The notes beneath the pieces were generated by a model, which was not told where the DNA came from, did not search any database, and worked only from the letters and a program-made list of their open reading frames with translations. Positions 19,346-30,731 of a DNA stretch of 64,000 bases are shown in pieces. The position numbers and the translations under genes are program-made. Origin of the DNA: Actinomycetota bacterium. GTDB taxonomy: Bacteria; Actinomycetota; Actinomycetes; Streptosporangiales; Streptosporangiaceae. Each line of letters starts with the position of its first letter. The first letter of the stretch is position 1. The DNA is taken from positions 4,601 to 68,600 of the forward strand of contig PMSU01000071.1 in assembly GCA_003168255.1 (NCBI GenBank), written 5' to 3'.

Positions 19346-20161
19346 GTGAAAAACGTGCGGGTGTCTGCTGCGGCGGTACCCGGCGCGGCATTGCCGGACG
19401 CCGGGAGTTCCGGCGCGCCCGAGCAGGGCTGGTCCGAACGCGGTACCCGGGCCAGGGTCGCCCGGCTGATCATGGAGCATGGCCCGTCCAGCGCGGCCTC
19501 GCTCGGTACCAGGCTCGGACTTACCCCGGCGGCGATCCGGCGTCACCTAGACAATCTTCTTGCCGATGGCATGATCGAGACGCGGATGGCCCGGGCGCAG
19601 CGCAGCCGGGGGCGCGGCAGGCCGGCCAGGCTGTTCGCGATCACCGACGCGGGGCGGAGCGCGTTCGAGCACGCCTATGACGGCCTGGCGACCAGCGCGC
19701 TGCGCTTCCTCGCCGAGACCAGCGGCCCGGCCGCGGTGACGGAATTCGCCCGCCGCCAGCTCGCCGACTTGGAGGAAAGGTACGCACCCGTGGTCGCTAG
19801 CGTGCCACAGGAGCGGCGGCTGCTGGCGCTGGCCGAGGCGCTGACAGCCGACGGGTACGCGGCATCGGCAACCGGCGCACCCGCTGGGGGCACCGGCGAG
19901 CAACTCTGCCAGCATCACTGCCCGGTCGCCCACGTGGCAGCGGAGTTCCCCGAGCTGTGCGAGGCGGAGACGGAGGCGTTCGGCAGGCTGCTCGGCACAC
20001 CCGTGCAGCGGCTTGCCACGATCGCCCGAGGCGACGGCGTCTGTACCACGCACGTGACTGACCGTTCGCTCGCCACAGGACGGGACGCCAGCCCAGCCGC
20101 AAGGCACGGGCCGGCCGCGAGGCGCAAGGGGCCGAGAGGCTCAGAATCGATGACGACATGA
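19346..20161 (+). CDS. sufR: SufR transcriptional regulator
   Basis: [17 protein letters not shown] and C-terminal Cys; probable leaderless GTG start (VKN) after CATACT; first gene of the suf operon. Confidence 0.88.
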   Translation: MKNVRVSAAAVPGAALPDAGSSGAPEQGWSERGTRARVARLIMEHGPSSAASLGTRLGLTPAAIRRHLDNLLADGMIETRMARAQRSRGRGRPARLFAITDAGRSAFEHAYDGLATSALRFLAETSGPAAVTEFARRQLADLEERYAPVVASVPQERRLLALAEALTADGYAASATGAPAGGTGEQLCQHHCPVAHVAAEFPELCEAETEAFGRLLGTPVQRLATIARGDGVCTTHVTDRSLATGRDASPAARHGPAARRKGPRGSESMTT

Positions 20162-20186
20162 ATACAGAGTCCGGAGGGCTCCTGAC

Positions 20187-21599
20187 ATGACAACTACCGC
20201 ACCAGCAGAGCTTGAGGGCCTGGGCAGCTACAAATTTGGCTGGTCGGACTCCGACCTGGCTGGCTCTACGGCGCGCCGCGGTCTGTCCGAGGACGTTGTC
20301 CGCAACATCTCGGCGTTGAAGAACGAGCCTGAATGGATGCTGGACCTGCGGCTGCGCGGGCTGCGGATGTATGGCCGCAAGCCGATGCCGACCTGGGGTG
20401 CCGACCTTTCCGGTATCGACTTCGACAACATCAAGTACTTCGTCAGGTCGACCGAGAAGCAGGCGACGAGCTGGGAAGAGCTGCCTGCCGACATCAAGAA
20501 CACCTACGACAGGCTCGGCATACCCGAAGCGGAGAAGCAGCGGCTCATCGCCGGCGTGGCCGCTCAGTATGAGTCCGAGGTCGTCTACCACAAGATTCGC
20601 GAGGATCTTGAGGAGAAGGGCGTCCTTTTCCTCGACACGGACACGGCGCTCAGGGAGCAGCCGGAGCTGTTCAGGGAGTACTTCGCCACGATCATCCCGC
20701 CGGGCGACAACAAGTTCGCCGCGCTCAACACGGCGGTCTGGTCCGGCGGCAGCTTCATCTACGTGCCCCCGGGCGTGAACGTGGAGATCCCGCTTCAGGC
20801 TTACTTCCGGATCAATACCGAGAACATGGGCCAGTTCGAGCGGACCCTGATCATCGTGGACGAGGGTGCCTACGTCCATTACGTCGAGGGCTGCACCGCG
20901 CCGATCTACAAGTCCGACTCGCTGCACTCGGCGGTCGTCGAGATCATCGTTAAGAAGGACGCGCGCTGCCGGTACACCACGATCCAGAACTGGTCGAACA
21001 ACGTCTACAACCTGGTCACCAAGCGGGCAGTCGCCCAGGCCGGCGCGACGATGGAATGGATCGACGGGAACATCGGCTCCAAGGTCACCATGAAGTACCC
21101 GGCGGTCTACCTGATGGGCGAGCACGCCAAGGGCGAGACGCTGTCGGTGGCATTCGCCGGCAGCGGCCAGCATCAGGACGCCGGGGCGAAGATGGTGCAC
21201 TGTGCGCCCAACACTTCGTCCACTATCGTGTCCAAGTCGGTGGCCAGGGCAGGCGGCCGGACCTCCTACCGCGGCCTGGTCAACGTGCAGGAGGGCGCGG
21301 AGCACTCCAAGTCCACCGTGAAGTGCGACGCGCTGCTGATCGACAGCATCAGCCGCTCGGACACCTACCCGTACGTGGATGTCCGCGAGGATGACGTGGA
21401 GATGGGCCACGAGGCCTCGGTTTCCAAGATCTCCGAGGACCAGCTCTTCTACCTGATGAGCCGGGGGATGAACGAGGACGAGGCGGCGGCCACGATCGTG
21501 CGCGGCTTCGTCGAGCCGATCGCCCGCGAGCTGCCGATGGAATACGCGCTCGAGCTGAACCGGCTGATCGAGCTTCAGATGGAGGGGGCAGTCGGCTGA
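20187..21599 (+). CDS. sufB: Fe-S cluster assembly protein SufB
   Basis: [21 protein letters not shown] and [14 protein letters not shown] motifs. Confidence 0.97.
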   Translation: MTTTAPAELEGLGSYKFGWSDSDLAGSTARRGLSEDVVRNISALKNEPEWMLDLRLRGLRMYGRKPMPTWGADLSGIDFDNIKYFVRSTEKQATSWEELPADIKNTYDRLGIPEAEKQRLIAGVAAQYESEVVYHKIREDLEEKGVLFLDTDTALREQPELFREYFATIIPPGDNKFAALNTAVWSGGSFIYVPPGVNVEIPLQAYFRINTENMGQFERTLIIVDEGAYVHYVEGCTAPIYKSDSLHSAVVEIIVKKDARCRYTTIQNWSNNVYNLVTKRAVAQAGATMEWIDGNIGSKVTMKYPAVYLMGEHAKGETLSVAFAGSGQHQDAGAKMVHCAPNTSSTIVSKSVARAGGRTSYRGLVNVQEGAEHSKSTVKCDALLIDSISRSDTYPYVDVREDDVEMGHEASVSKISEDQLFYLMSRGMNEDEAAATIVRGFVEPIARELPMEYALELNRLIELQMEGAVG

Positions 21600-22738
21600 T
21601 GGCCCGGATCGGCAGGGCGCCGGAGAACCCGGCGCCCATCTCAAGGCTGCACGAGATGCAGTCGTTCGACCCCGCTGACTTTGGCGTCCCAACCGGGCGC
21701 GAGGAGGAATGGCGGTTCACCCCGATGCGCCGCCTGCGGGATCTACAGGGCGACGCGCCGCTTGCCGGCGGCAAGGTAACCGTGGAAACCGATCCTGCCC
21801 CGGGCGTCACGGCGGAGAAGGCCGAACGGGGGGACCCCAGGCTGGGCCGCTCGTTCATGCCGGCCGACCGGGTGAGCGCCCGCGCGTTCGCCTCGTTCGG
21901 CGAGGCAACCGTGATCACGGTGCCGGCCGAGCTGGTGGCGAAAAGGCCCACCGTGGTCACCGTCCGCGGGCATGACGGGGAGGGCGCGGCATTCGGCCAC
22001 CTGCTCGTCGAGGTGAAGCCGATGGCCCGGGCAACGGTCATCCTCGATCACGCAGGCAGCGCGACCTACGCGGACAACGTGGAATTCGTTGTCGGCGACG
22101 GCGCGTCGCTGTCGGTGGTGACCATGCAGGACTGGGCCGACGACGCGGTGCACGCCTCGCACCATCACATGCGGGTCGGCCGGGACGCGACGATGAGGCA
22201 TGCCGCGGTGTCGCTCGGCGGTAGCGTGGTCCGGCTCGCCCCCACCGTTCGGTATGCCGGGCCTGGCGGGGATGCCGAGCTGCTCGGCATGTATTTCGCA
22301 GACAGCAACCAGCATCTGGAGCACCGTCTTTACGTCGACCACGCCATGCCTAACTGCCGCAGCCGCGTCGACTACCGGGGCGCGCTACAGGGCAAGGACG
22401 CGCACGCGGTGTGGATCGGCGACGTGGTCATCCGGCCGGAGGCGATCGGCACCGACACCTACGAGCGCAACAGGAACCTGGTGCTGACCGAGGGGACCCG
22501 GGTCGATTCGGTGCCCAACCTGGAGATCCTCACCGGCGAGGTGGTCGGTGCCGGGCACGCGAGCGCCAGCGGGCGGCTGGAGGACCAGCACCTGTTCTAC
22601 CTGATGGCCAGGGGAATCCCCGAGTCGGAGGCCCGACGCCTGGTGATCCGCGGGTTCTTCGGCGCGCTGATCGACCGGATCGGGATACCCCAGGTGGCGG
22701 ACCGCATCGCGGCCGGGATAGAGCTGGAGCTGGCATGA
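21599..22738 (+). CDS. sufD: Fe-S cluster assembly protein SufD
   Basis: EEWRFTP, DSVPNLEI, AGHASASG and FYLMARGI motifs. Confidence 0.95.
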   Translation: MARIGRAPENPAPISRLHEMQSFDPADFGVPTGREEEWRFTPMRRLRDLQGDAPLAGGKVTVETDPAPGVTAEKAERGDPRLGRSFMPADRVSARAFASFGEATVITVPAELVAKRPTVVTVRGHDGEGAAFGHLLVEVKPMARATVILDHAGSATYADNVEFVVGDGASLSVVTMQDWADDAVHASHHHMRVGRDATMRHAAVSLGGSVVRLAPTVRYAGPGGDAELLGMYFADSNQHLEHRLYVDHAMPNCRSRVDYRGALQGKDAHAVWIGDVVIRPEAIGTDTYERNRNLVLTEGTRVDSVPNLEILTGEVVGAGHASASGRLEDQHLFYLMARGIPESEARRLVIRGFFGALIDRIGIPQVADRIAAGIELELA

Positions 22739-23088
22739 CCGAGGCGCAGTACCGGCAGGGATCGACAGGGAGCGAGGACGGCTACACGCGCGCCTGCGCA
22801 CTTTCCGACCTGCCGCCCGGCGAAGGGGCGATCGGGGTCGAGGTCGAGGGCGAGCCCGTTGCCATCATCAGGGCCGGCGGCGAGCTGTACGCACTGCGCG
22901 ACGCCTGCTCGCACGCCGAGGTGGCCCTGTCCGAGGGCGAGATCTACGACCACACGGTGGAGTGCTGGCTGCACGGGTCCTGTTTCGACCTGCGCACCGG
23001 GAATCCTACCGGACCGCCGGCTACCGAGCCGGTCGCGACTTATCGCGTGAAGATCGAGGGCGACGGCGTATTCGTCTCGCTCGGCTGA
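22735..23088 (+). CDS. Rieske-type ferredoxin
   Basis: CSH...CWLHGSCFD Rieske motif. Confidence 0.93.
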   Translation: MTEAQYRQGSTGSEDGYTRACALSDLPPGEGAIGVEVEGEPVAIIRAGGELYALRDACSHAEVALSEGEIYDHTVECWLHGSCFDLRTGNPTGPPATEPVATYRVKIEGDGVFVSLG

Positions 23089-23123
23089 CATAACGAACGC
23101 TGAAATAACAACCAGGAGAGGCA

Positions 23124-23887
<764 letters not shown>

Positions 23888-23891
<4 letters not shown>

Positions 23892-25147
23892 CCTTCGACG
23901 TCGCCCGGATCCGCAAGGATTTCCCCATCCTTGACCGGCAGATCCGCGGCGGGCAGCCACTCATCTACCTGGACAGCGCGAACACCTCGCAGAAGCCGCG
24001 CCAGGTGCTTGACGCGATGACCGAGTTCTACGAGCGGCACAACGCGAACATTCACCGGGCCAGCCACCAGCTCGGCGAGGAGGCCACCGAGGCCTACGAG
24101 GGCGCGCGGATCAAGGTCGGCGAGTTCATCGGGGCCCGGGACGAGACCGAGGTCGTGTTCACCAAGAACATCTCCGAAGCGATCAACCTGGTTGCCTATT
24201 CGATGAGCAACGCGACCGCCGCCGGGCCTGGCCGGTTCGCGCTCGGCCCTGGCGATGAAATCGTCATCACCGAGATGGAGCACCACTCCAACATCGTCCC
24301 GTGGCAGCTGCTCTGCCAGCGCACCGGCGCGACGCTGCGCTGGTTCGGCGTGACCCCCGACGGCACGCTGGACACCTCGAACATCGGCGACCTGATCACC
24401 GAGCGCACCAAGCTCGTTGCCCTGGTCCACCAGTCCAACGTCCTGGGCACGATCAACCCGGTGCGGATGATCGCCGACGCGGCACACGCGGTCGGCGCCC
24501 TGGTGCTGGTGGATGCCGCGCAGTCGGTCCCGCACATGGCGGTAGACGTGGCCTCGCTCGGCGCCGACTTCCTCGGCTTCACCGGTCACAAGCTGTGCGG
24601 CCCGACCGGCATCGGCGTGCTCTGGGCCCGCCGGGAGCTGCTCGATGAGATGCCGCCGTTCCTCGGCGGCGGCGAGATGATCGAGAGCGTCTGGATGGAC
24701 CGGTCCACCTTCGCGCCGCCGCCGCACAAGTTCGAGGCGGGCACGATGCCGATAGCCCAGGCGGTTGGCCTCGGCGCGGCCATCGACTATCTCACCGAGG
24801 TCGGTCTCGACGCGATCAGGGCGCACGAGCTACAGCTGATCGAGCATGCCCTGGGTGCGCTGGCCGCGGTTGACGGGCTGCGAATCATGGGGCCTGGGTC
24901 GCCGGTGGACCGGGGCAGCGCCATCTCGTTCACCGTCGAGGGCGTGCATCCGCACGACATCAGCCAGGTGCTCGATGACCTGGGTATCGCGGTGCGGGCC
25001 GGTCATCACTGTGCCTGGCCGCTGCACCGTGCGTTCGGTGTGCAGGCCAGCACACGTGCGTCGTTCTATCTGTACAACACTCACGAGGAGGCGGACGCGC
25101 TCACCGAGGGGATCCGTCAGGCGCAGCGGTTCTTCGCCCTCGCGTGA
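23888..25147 (+). CDS. sufS: Cysteine desulfurase SufS
   Basis: YLDSANTSQKP, EHHSN, TGHK and RAGHHCA motifs. Confidence 0.96.
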
Positions 25148-25201
25148 GCTTGGCGGGTCGGGGAAGATACAGCGGCAGCCCGTTTGTTGCAAGGGAATGT
25201 G

Positions 25202-25657
25202 ATGGAGTACGAGTCGTTGTACCAGGACATCATCCTGGATCACTACCGCAACCCGCACCATCGGGGCCTGCGGGAGCCTTACGACGCCGAGGTGCACCAC
25301 GTCAATCCGCTCTGCGGCGATGAGGTGACCGTGCGGGTCAGCCTGAAGGAGGTCGGCGGTGAGCCGGCCGTGGCCGACGTGTCCTATGACGCGCTGGGCT
25401 GCTCCATCAGCCAGGCCAGCGCCTCGGTCATGACCGATCTGGTCATCGGCAAGAGCGTCGACGACGCGATGGCTGTCTGCGAGGAGTTCCTCGGGCTGAT
25501 GCGATCCAAGGGCGCCGGGGAGCCGGATGAGGACATGCTCGAGGACGCGGTGGCGTTTTCCGGGGTGTCGAAGTACCCGGCAAGGATCAAATGCGCGCTG
25601 CTCGGCTGGATGGCCTGGAAAGACGCCACCGCCCGGGCCCTTGAGGAGGCATCATGA
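25202..25657 (+). CDS. sufU: SufU scaffold/sulfur acceptor
   Basis: LYQDIILDHY, NPLCGD, GCSISQAS and RIKCA motifs. Confidence 0.95.
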   Translation: MEYESLYQDIILDHYRNPHHRGLREPYDAEVHHVNPLCGDEVTVRVSLKEVGGEPAVADVSYDALGCSISQASASVMTDLVIGKSVDDAMAVCEEFLGLMRSKGAGEPDEDMLEDAVAFSGVSKYPARIKCALLGWMAWKDATARALEEAS

Positions 25658-26100
25658 CCGAGTCGGCCACTACGCAGGCCGCGACAACGCAGACGAACGG
25701 GACCGTGGCGGCAGAGCCCGTGGCGGCCGCGCCGGCGGCGGCAGAGCCGGCGGCGGCAGAGCCCGCGGCGACCGGGCTTACCCTGCCGTTTAGCCAGGAG
25801 AATGAGGACGTTCTCGAGGCACTGCGCGACGTGGTGGATCCCGAGCTGGGCATCAACGTGGTCGATCTCGGGCTGGTGTACGGGGTAACGGTCGGCGAGG
25901 ACCGGCTGGCCACGATCGACATGACGCTCACCAGTGCGGCCTGCCCGCTTACTGACGTGATCGAGGACCAGGTGCGATCCGTGCTCGATGGCCTGGTGGC
26001 GGACTTCCGTATCAACTGGGTGTGGCTGCCGCCGTGGGGACCCGACAAGATCACCGATGACGGCCGTGAGCAGCTCGGCGCGCTCGGATTCAACGTCTGA
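25654..26100 (+). CDS. sufT: SufT (DUF59) maturation factor with an Ala/Glu/Pro-repeat N-terminus
   Basis: DVVDPELGINVVDLGLVY, TLTSAACP and WLPPWGP motifs. Confidence 0.92.
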   Translation: MTESATTQAATTQTNGTVAAEPVAAAPAAAEPAAAEPAATGLTLPFSQENEDVLEALRDVVDPELGINVVDLGLVYGVTVGEDRLATIDMTLTSAACPLTDVIEDQVRSVLDGLVADFRINWVWLPPWGPDKITDDGREQLGALGFNV

Positions 26101-26131
26101 TTCCTGCTCTTCTGACAGCTCGGGAACACGC

Positions 26132-26902
26132 ATGGGATCGTTCGATGGCACGGCGAGGCGCCTGGCCATCGGGCCGACGCTGCTGTTCCCCGCCGATCCG
26201 GTCGACGCTATGGCCGACGCGGTGCTGCGTTACGACCCTGCGGTGCACGTGCGGAGCGACAGGTTCGTGTTCGGCAACGGCGTGCTGCTGCACGGCCCGA
26301 TCGAGGTCACCGCGGATCTGGCCAGGAGAGCCGGGCTGCCCAGCGGCATGGCGGCCGCGTACTACGGGGGAAGCGGCGTGCAGGGCAGGGAGCGGCGGCC
26401 GGACGACGCCAAGTTGCAGGACGCCGAAAGGCTCGTGCGCGGCCTCTGGGCGCGACTGGGCGGAATGATCCACGGTGAGCGGCCGCCGGCGGATCTCACG
26501 CTGCGCGCCTCCGTGTACAGCGCGCGGGAATTGCCGGTCGAGGAGGTGATCGGCGTGCTACAGCCTTTCGCCGACGGCAAGCTCAGCATCGACGATGACA
26601 CCGAGGTGGCGGATGCATACTTCCTGATCACCGAGGAAGATTCGCTGTTCTTCACCATGTACTGGCCGCCGCGGCTGGCCCGCTCGAAGTTGCAGCCGCC
26701 GCCGCCCGCGACCGGCGAGCTGCACGATAAGAACCCCTGCCGCTGGGATCTGCGGACCAAGCTCCCGGCGCAGAGCGCGGGCAGCCAGACCTGCCTGCGG
26801 GTCGGCGAGGCAGCGCTCGTGCTGGCCCGGGCCGCGGGCGGCGTTGTCATCGACGTGTACGGCTTCCCGGTCAGCCGGCCGGAGGATCTGCTGCCCCGCT
26901 GA
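26132..26902 (+). CDS. Hypothetical protein
   Basis: 256-aa ORF with GC-type codon bias, directly after sufT. Confidence 0.7.
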   Translation: MGSFDGTARRLAIGPTLLFPADPVDAMADAVLRYDPAVHVRSDRFVFGNGVLLHGPIEVTADLARRAGLPSGMAAAYYGGSGVQGRERRPDDAKLQDAERLVRGLWARLGGMIHGERPPADLTLRASVYSARELPVEEVIGVLQPFADGKLSIDDDTEVADAYFLITEEDSLFFTMYWPPRLARSKLQPPPPATGELHDKNPCRWDLRTKLPAQSAGSQTCLRVGEAALVLARAAGGVVIDVYGFPVSRPEDLLPR

Positions 26903-26974
26903 CCGCCGGTGGGCCAAGACGCGGTGCCGGCACCGGCCCGTCCCGGTATGGGCTCGATCCCGCGGCTGCGGCAG

Positions 26975-27871
26975 TCACAGGCGTCCGGGAATCGCCGGCT
27001 GGGCGCGCAGGTAGAAGGGGGCAGCACTTGCGGCTACCGATTCGGCCACCGGATTCGGCTCTGCCCCGCCAGGGAAGGTGACATCGATCGGGAAGCCAGC
27101 GTCCTCGGTGACCATGGCCGCGGCCCGCTCGACCGCATATGTCGCCGCGTCCTGCGCGGCCTGATCGGCCGGGTTGTCGAGGCCAATCGAGATGATCAGG
27201 CCCTCGCCCCGGCCCGCCACAGACAGCCACGCCGTCCGCGCCTCACGGACCGCGGGTACCGTGCGCAGTTGCGCGCTGGCTTCTCTGATCAGGCGGGTCG
27301 GCTCCTGCGGCGGATGGCCGACGCGGATCCTGACGCCGCCGGCCAGCCCCTGGATGGCGGCGAGATAGGTCACCCCAGCCGGATAGACGGGCACGCTGGC
27401 CTCAGCACCCGGATTGAGCGCGATGCCGAGGTCCGGGGGCAGCGACCTGGCAAGTTCGGCGGCCGGGACGACGACATGGGGAACGACCGGAGGAGGCACT
27501 CCCGGGTCCGGGTCGGGCTCCGCCATGAAATTGATGAGCTCTTGCGCGGAGGTGAAGGCGGGGACGAACTCGCTCCCCAGGTAGGTGACGGTCGGCAGGG
27601 TCAGCGAGGAGCCGTCCGTGACCGGCGTCCCGTCATCGGGCAGCGGAACCCACAGCCTGCCACCGCTCAGCACGTCGAGCAGATCCGGAATCCGGTCCAT
27701 GTTCTTGATCGCAGCCTCGAGGGCTCTAGCGACGGCGGCATCGCTGGCAGAGATCACGTCCGTCATGGCAGTGTTGTCCTGCACGCCGCCGCGGGCACGC
27801 GGGACGTGCTGCTCGGCGTTTAGCCGAAGGCCGGCCGTCGGGCCGGAGCTTGTCGGCATCGTCATTGGCAT
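26975..27871 (-). CDS. SseB-family protein (N- and C-terminal domains)
   Basis: LWVPLP, FVPAFTS and GIALNPG SseB motifs. Confidence 0.85.
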   Translation of the reverse strand: MPMTMPTSSGPTAGLRLNAEQHVPRARGGVQDNTAMTDVISASDAAVARALEAAIKNMDRIPDLLDVLSGGRLWVPLPDDGTPVTDGSSLTLPTVTYLGSEFVPAFTSAQELINFMAEPDPDPGVPPPVVPHVVVPAAELARSLPPDLGIALNPGAEASVPVYPAGVTYLAAIQGLAGGVRIRVGHPPQEPTRLIREASAQLRTVPAVREARTAWLSVAGRGEGLIISIGLDNPADQAAQDAATYAVERAAAMVTEDAGFPIDVTFPGGAEPNPVAESVAASAAPFYLRAQPAIPGRL

Positions 27872-27995
27872 GTTCCTTGCCCTGTCGTGGTCGCATGCCG
27901 CGGGCGCGGCAGACGAACCCCCCGTCCGGCCGCGCGGGCGGGCACGCGCCGGGTAGTTTCAGTCTCGGATAGTAAACGCTCGGAGGCGGTGCGTA

Positions 27996-28712
27996 GTGAA
28001 GAATCCGGCACGAGGTGGCGGACGGTGGATAGAAGTCACACCTCAGCGGCTCGCAGCCTGGGTCGATTCCTTCGCAGATCGTCACCCGGGCGTGTCGGCC
28101 GCTACGCAGCGTGATGGAGTAACGTTCGCGGCCGACGACGGGGCGATGGCTGAGTGTCATGTCCCGTTTCCGCCCCTGGCCGGCGGTGCGCCCAGCAAAC
28201 CTGGCGCGCCTGGCGCGCCTGGTGAGCCTGGCGCGCAGGGGAGTATTGCGGACTCCGCCGAGCTGATCGTGAGGCACGCGGACACCGCCCGAACGGTGGG
28301 CGTCCTGCTCGTGCGCCTTGGCGGCTACGCAGCGGGGGTGTTCACGGACTCGCCGCCGCGGCTTGCCGCGTCAAAAGTGGGCTCGCGGCTGGTACACGGC
28401 CGTAGCGCGGCGGGCGGCACATCCCAGCAGCGGTTTGCCCGCCGCAGGGAGAAGCAGGCGGCCGGGGCGATTTCCGCGGCTGGCGACACCGCATTCGCGG
28501 TGTTCGGGCAGTTCAGTGGCAGGCTTGACGCCGTTGTGCTGGGCGGTGACCGAAAGGCGATCGCGGCGCTACGCGATGACCCGCGGCTTGAACCGTACTT
28601 CGCGCTGGCCACCGACCGCTTCCTCACCGTCCCCGATCCCCGGCTGGCCGTGCTGCGCGACACCCCTCGCATGTTCCGCGCGATCCGGATCCGCCTTACC
28701 GAGCCGACCTGA
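27996..28712 (+). CDS. Actinobacterial VLRF1-family release factor / peptidyl-tRNA hydrolase (acVLRF1)
   Basis: LLVRLGGYAAGV, SKVGSRLVHGRSAAGGTSQQRFARRR, VLGGD and VPDPR motifs. Confidence 0.88.
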   Translation: MKNPARGGGRWIEVTPQRLAAWVDSFADRHPGVSAATQRDGVTFAADDGAMAECHVPFPPLAGGAPSKPGAPGAPGEPGAQGSIADSAELIVRHADTARTVGVLLVRLGGYAAGVFTDSPPRLAASKVGSRLVHGRSAAGGTSQQRFARRREKQAAGAISAAGDTAFAVFGQFSGRLDAVVLGGDRKAIAALRDDPRLEPYFALATDRFLTVPDPRLAVLRDTPRMFRAIRIRLTEPT

Positions 28713-28866
28713 ACGTGGCGCTGCCCGGCCAGGGATAGCCGGTTGAGCGCTGCCCTGGATGGGCGGGCGCCCAACCCGCAACCAGTGCGCCCAAGACCCA
28801 TGGCGCATCGAGGGACCGGGAAATAAGGACGGAGACCAGGAAATGCCGTCCGGTATACTTGGCGTC

Positions 28867-28887
28867 ATGTTGTCACTCGCGGTGTGA
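28867..28887 (+). CDS. Candidate leaderless uORF MLSLAV
   Basis: TATACT at 28854-28859, 7 nt before the ATG; followed by a hairpin and U-tract ahead of the ABC-F gene. Confidence 0.4.
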   Translation: MLSLAV

Positions 28888-28968
28888 CGGATCGGCCCTG
28901 TGCTGGGGCACGTGTACCCCAGGAGGCCCGTTTTGTCCGGTACATCCTAATTCTGGAGTGGCAGTCAG

Positions 28969-30567
28969 ATGATCACCGCACGAGAGCTTGAGCTGCGCGC
29001 TGGCGCACGCCTGCTGCTACAGGAGGCAAGCTTCCAGATCGCGCCCGGTGACCGGATCGGTCTTGTCGGCAGGAACGGCGCGGGCAAGACCACGCTGGCC
29101 CAGGTGCTGGCGGGCGAGGCGCAGCCGGCCGCAGGCACGGTCCGGCAAGCCGGCACGGTCGGCTACCTGCCGCAGGACCCGCGCACCGGCGACCTGGAGG
29201 TACTTGCCGTCGACCGGGTGCTGTCTTCCCGAGGTCTGGACCAGCTGCTCGGCGCCATGCGCGCGGCCGAGGAGCAGATGGCCGCGACCGACCCAGGCAA
29301 GCGGGACGCAGCCGTGCGCAGGTACGGGAATCTCGAGGAGCGGCTGACCGTGCTAGGCGGGTACGCGGCCCAGGCCGAGGCGGCTTCGCTGGCCGCCAGT
29401 CTTGGCCTGCCAAGCCGGGTGCTCGGCCAGCCCCTGCACACCTTGTCTGGCGGCCAGCGCAGGCGGATCGAGCTCGCCAGGATCCTCTTCGGCGGGGCGG
29501 AGACGCTGCTGCTGGACGAGCCCACCAACCATCTGGACGCCGACTCCGTCGTCTGGCTGCGCGACCATCTCCGGGCATTCCGCGGCGGCCTGGTGGTGAT
29601 CAGCCACGACGTCGGCCTGCTTGACATGGTGGTCAACAAAGTGTTCTACCTGGACGCGCAGCGCTGCGTCCTGGATCAGTACAACCTGGGCTGGCGGGCT
29701 TACCTAGCGCAGCGTGAAACCGATCAGGCGAGGCGCAAGCGCGAGCGGGCGACCAACGAGCGCAAGGCCGCCGCACTCCAGGCCCAGGCGGCCAAGATGG
29801 GGGCCAAGGCGACGAAGGCCACCGCGGCAAAGGTCATGCAGCGCCGCGCCGAGCGCCTGCTTTCCGTGCTGCCTGCCGAGGAACGAGCGGACAAGGTCGC
29901 CAAGCTGCGATTCCCGGTGCCGGCCCCGTGCGGGCGCACCCCGCTGACCGCGACCGGGCTGACGAGGTCGTACGGCTCACTTGAGGTCTTCGCCGGAGTG
30001 GACATGGCCGTGGACGCGGGCAGCCGGGTGGTGGTGCTCGGCCTGAACGGGGCGGGCAAGACCACCCTGCTCCGGCTGCTCGCCGGGATCGACACCCCCG
30101 ACGCCGGCGCGGTCAGGCCCGGTCATGGGCTCAAGCTCGGCTATTACGCGCAGGAGCACGAGACGCTCGACGTGAGCCTGACGGTCATAGAGAACATGCG
30201 GTCTGCCGCGCCCGAACTCACCGACGCCGAGCACAGGCGCCTCCTCGGCTCGTTCCTGTTTCCCGGCGACGACGTGGAGAAGCTGGCCGGCGTGCTGTCC
30301 GGCGGCGAGAAGACCAGGCTTGCGCTGGCCATCCTCGTGGTGTCCGGCGCGAACGTGCTGCTGCTCGACGAGCCCACTAACAACCTCGACCCGGCCAGCC
30401 GGGCAGAGATCCTGGGTGCGCTGCGCGCATACCGCGGGGCGATCGTGCTCGTCACGCACGACGAGGGTGCCGTCGAGGCGCTACAACCCGAGCGGGTGGT
30501 GCTGCTTCCGGACGGAATCGAGGACGCCTGGAGCGACGACCTTGCCGAACTGGTGGCGCTCGCCTGA
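28969..30567 (+). CDS. ABC-F ATPase (Rv1473/SCO1840-like)
   Basis: Two ABC domains (GRNGAGKTT/GLNGAGKTT, LSGG, DEPTN) joined by a helical linker; no TM segments. Confidence 0.93.
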   Translation: MITARELELRAGARLLLQEASFQIAPGDRIGLVGRNGAGKTTLAQVLAGEAQPAAGTVRQAGTVGYLPQDPRTGDLEVLAVDRVLSSRGLDQLLGAMRAAEEQMAATDPGKRDAAVRRYGNLEERLTVLGGYAAQAEAASLAASLGLPSRVLGQPLHTLSGGQRRRIELARILFGGAETLLLDEPTNHLDADSVVWLRDHLRAFRGGLVVISHDVGLLDMVVNKVFYLDAQRCVLDQYNLGWRAYLAQRETDQARRKRERATNERKAAALQAQAAKMGAKATKATAAKVMQRRAERLLSVLPAEERADKVAKLRFPVPAPCGRTPLTATGLTRSYGSLEVFAGVDMAVDAGSRVVVLGLNGAGKTTLLRLLAGIDTPDAGAVRPGHGLKLGYYAQEHETLDVSLTVIENMRSAAPELTDAEHRRLLGSFLFPGDDVEKLAGVLSGGEKTRLALAILVVSGANVLLLDEPTNNLDPASRAEILGALRAYRGAIVLVTHDEGAVEALQPERVVLLPDGIEDAWSDDLAELVALA

Positions 30568-30580
30568 CCGGTGCCGGGCG

Positions 30581-30624
30581 CGCACTGCGCGGTGGAAGAA
30601 ACACGCACTGCGCGGTGGAAGAAA
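30581..30624. repeat. Direct repeat, 2 x 21 bp
   Basis: CGCACTGCGCGGTGGAAGAAA at 30581 and 30604. Confidence 0.85.
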
Positions 30625-30731
30625 AAGAACTGATCATTTGCCTGGATGTGGGTAGCCGATCTAGCTTTGATGAGTGATCATGGCGAGAGAGATGGTGACG
30701 CAGCGATCACTACTTATCACGGGAGGTACGT

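Noticed and set aside
25700..25775. AAEPA repeat in SufT (and the PGA repeat in acVLRF1) as functional domains
   Set aside because: Short low-complexity slippage repeats in presumably disordered segments, common throughout this window.
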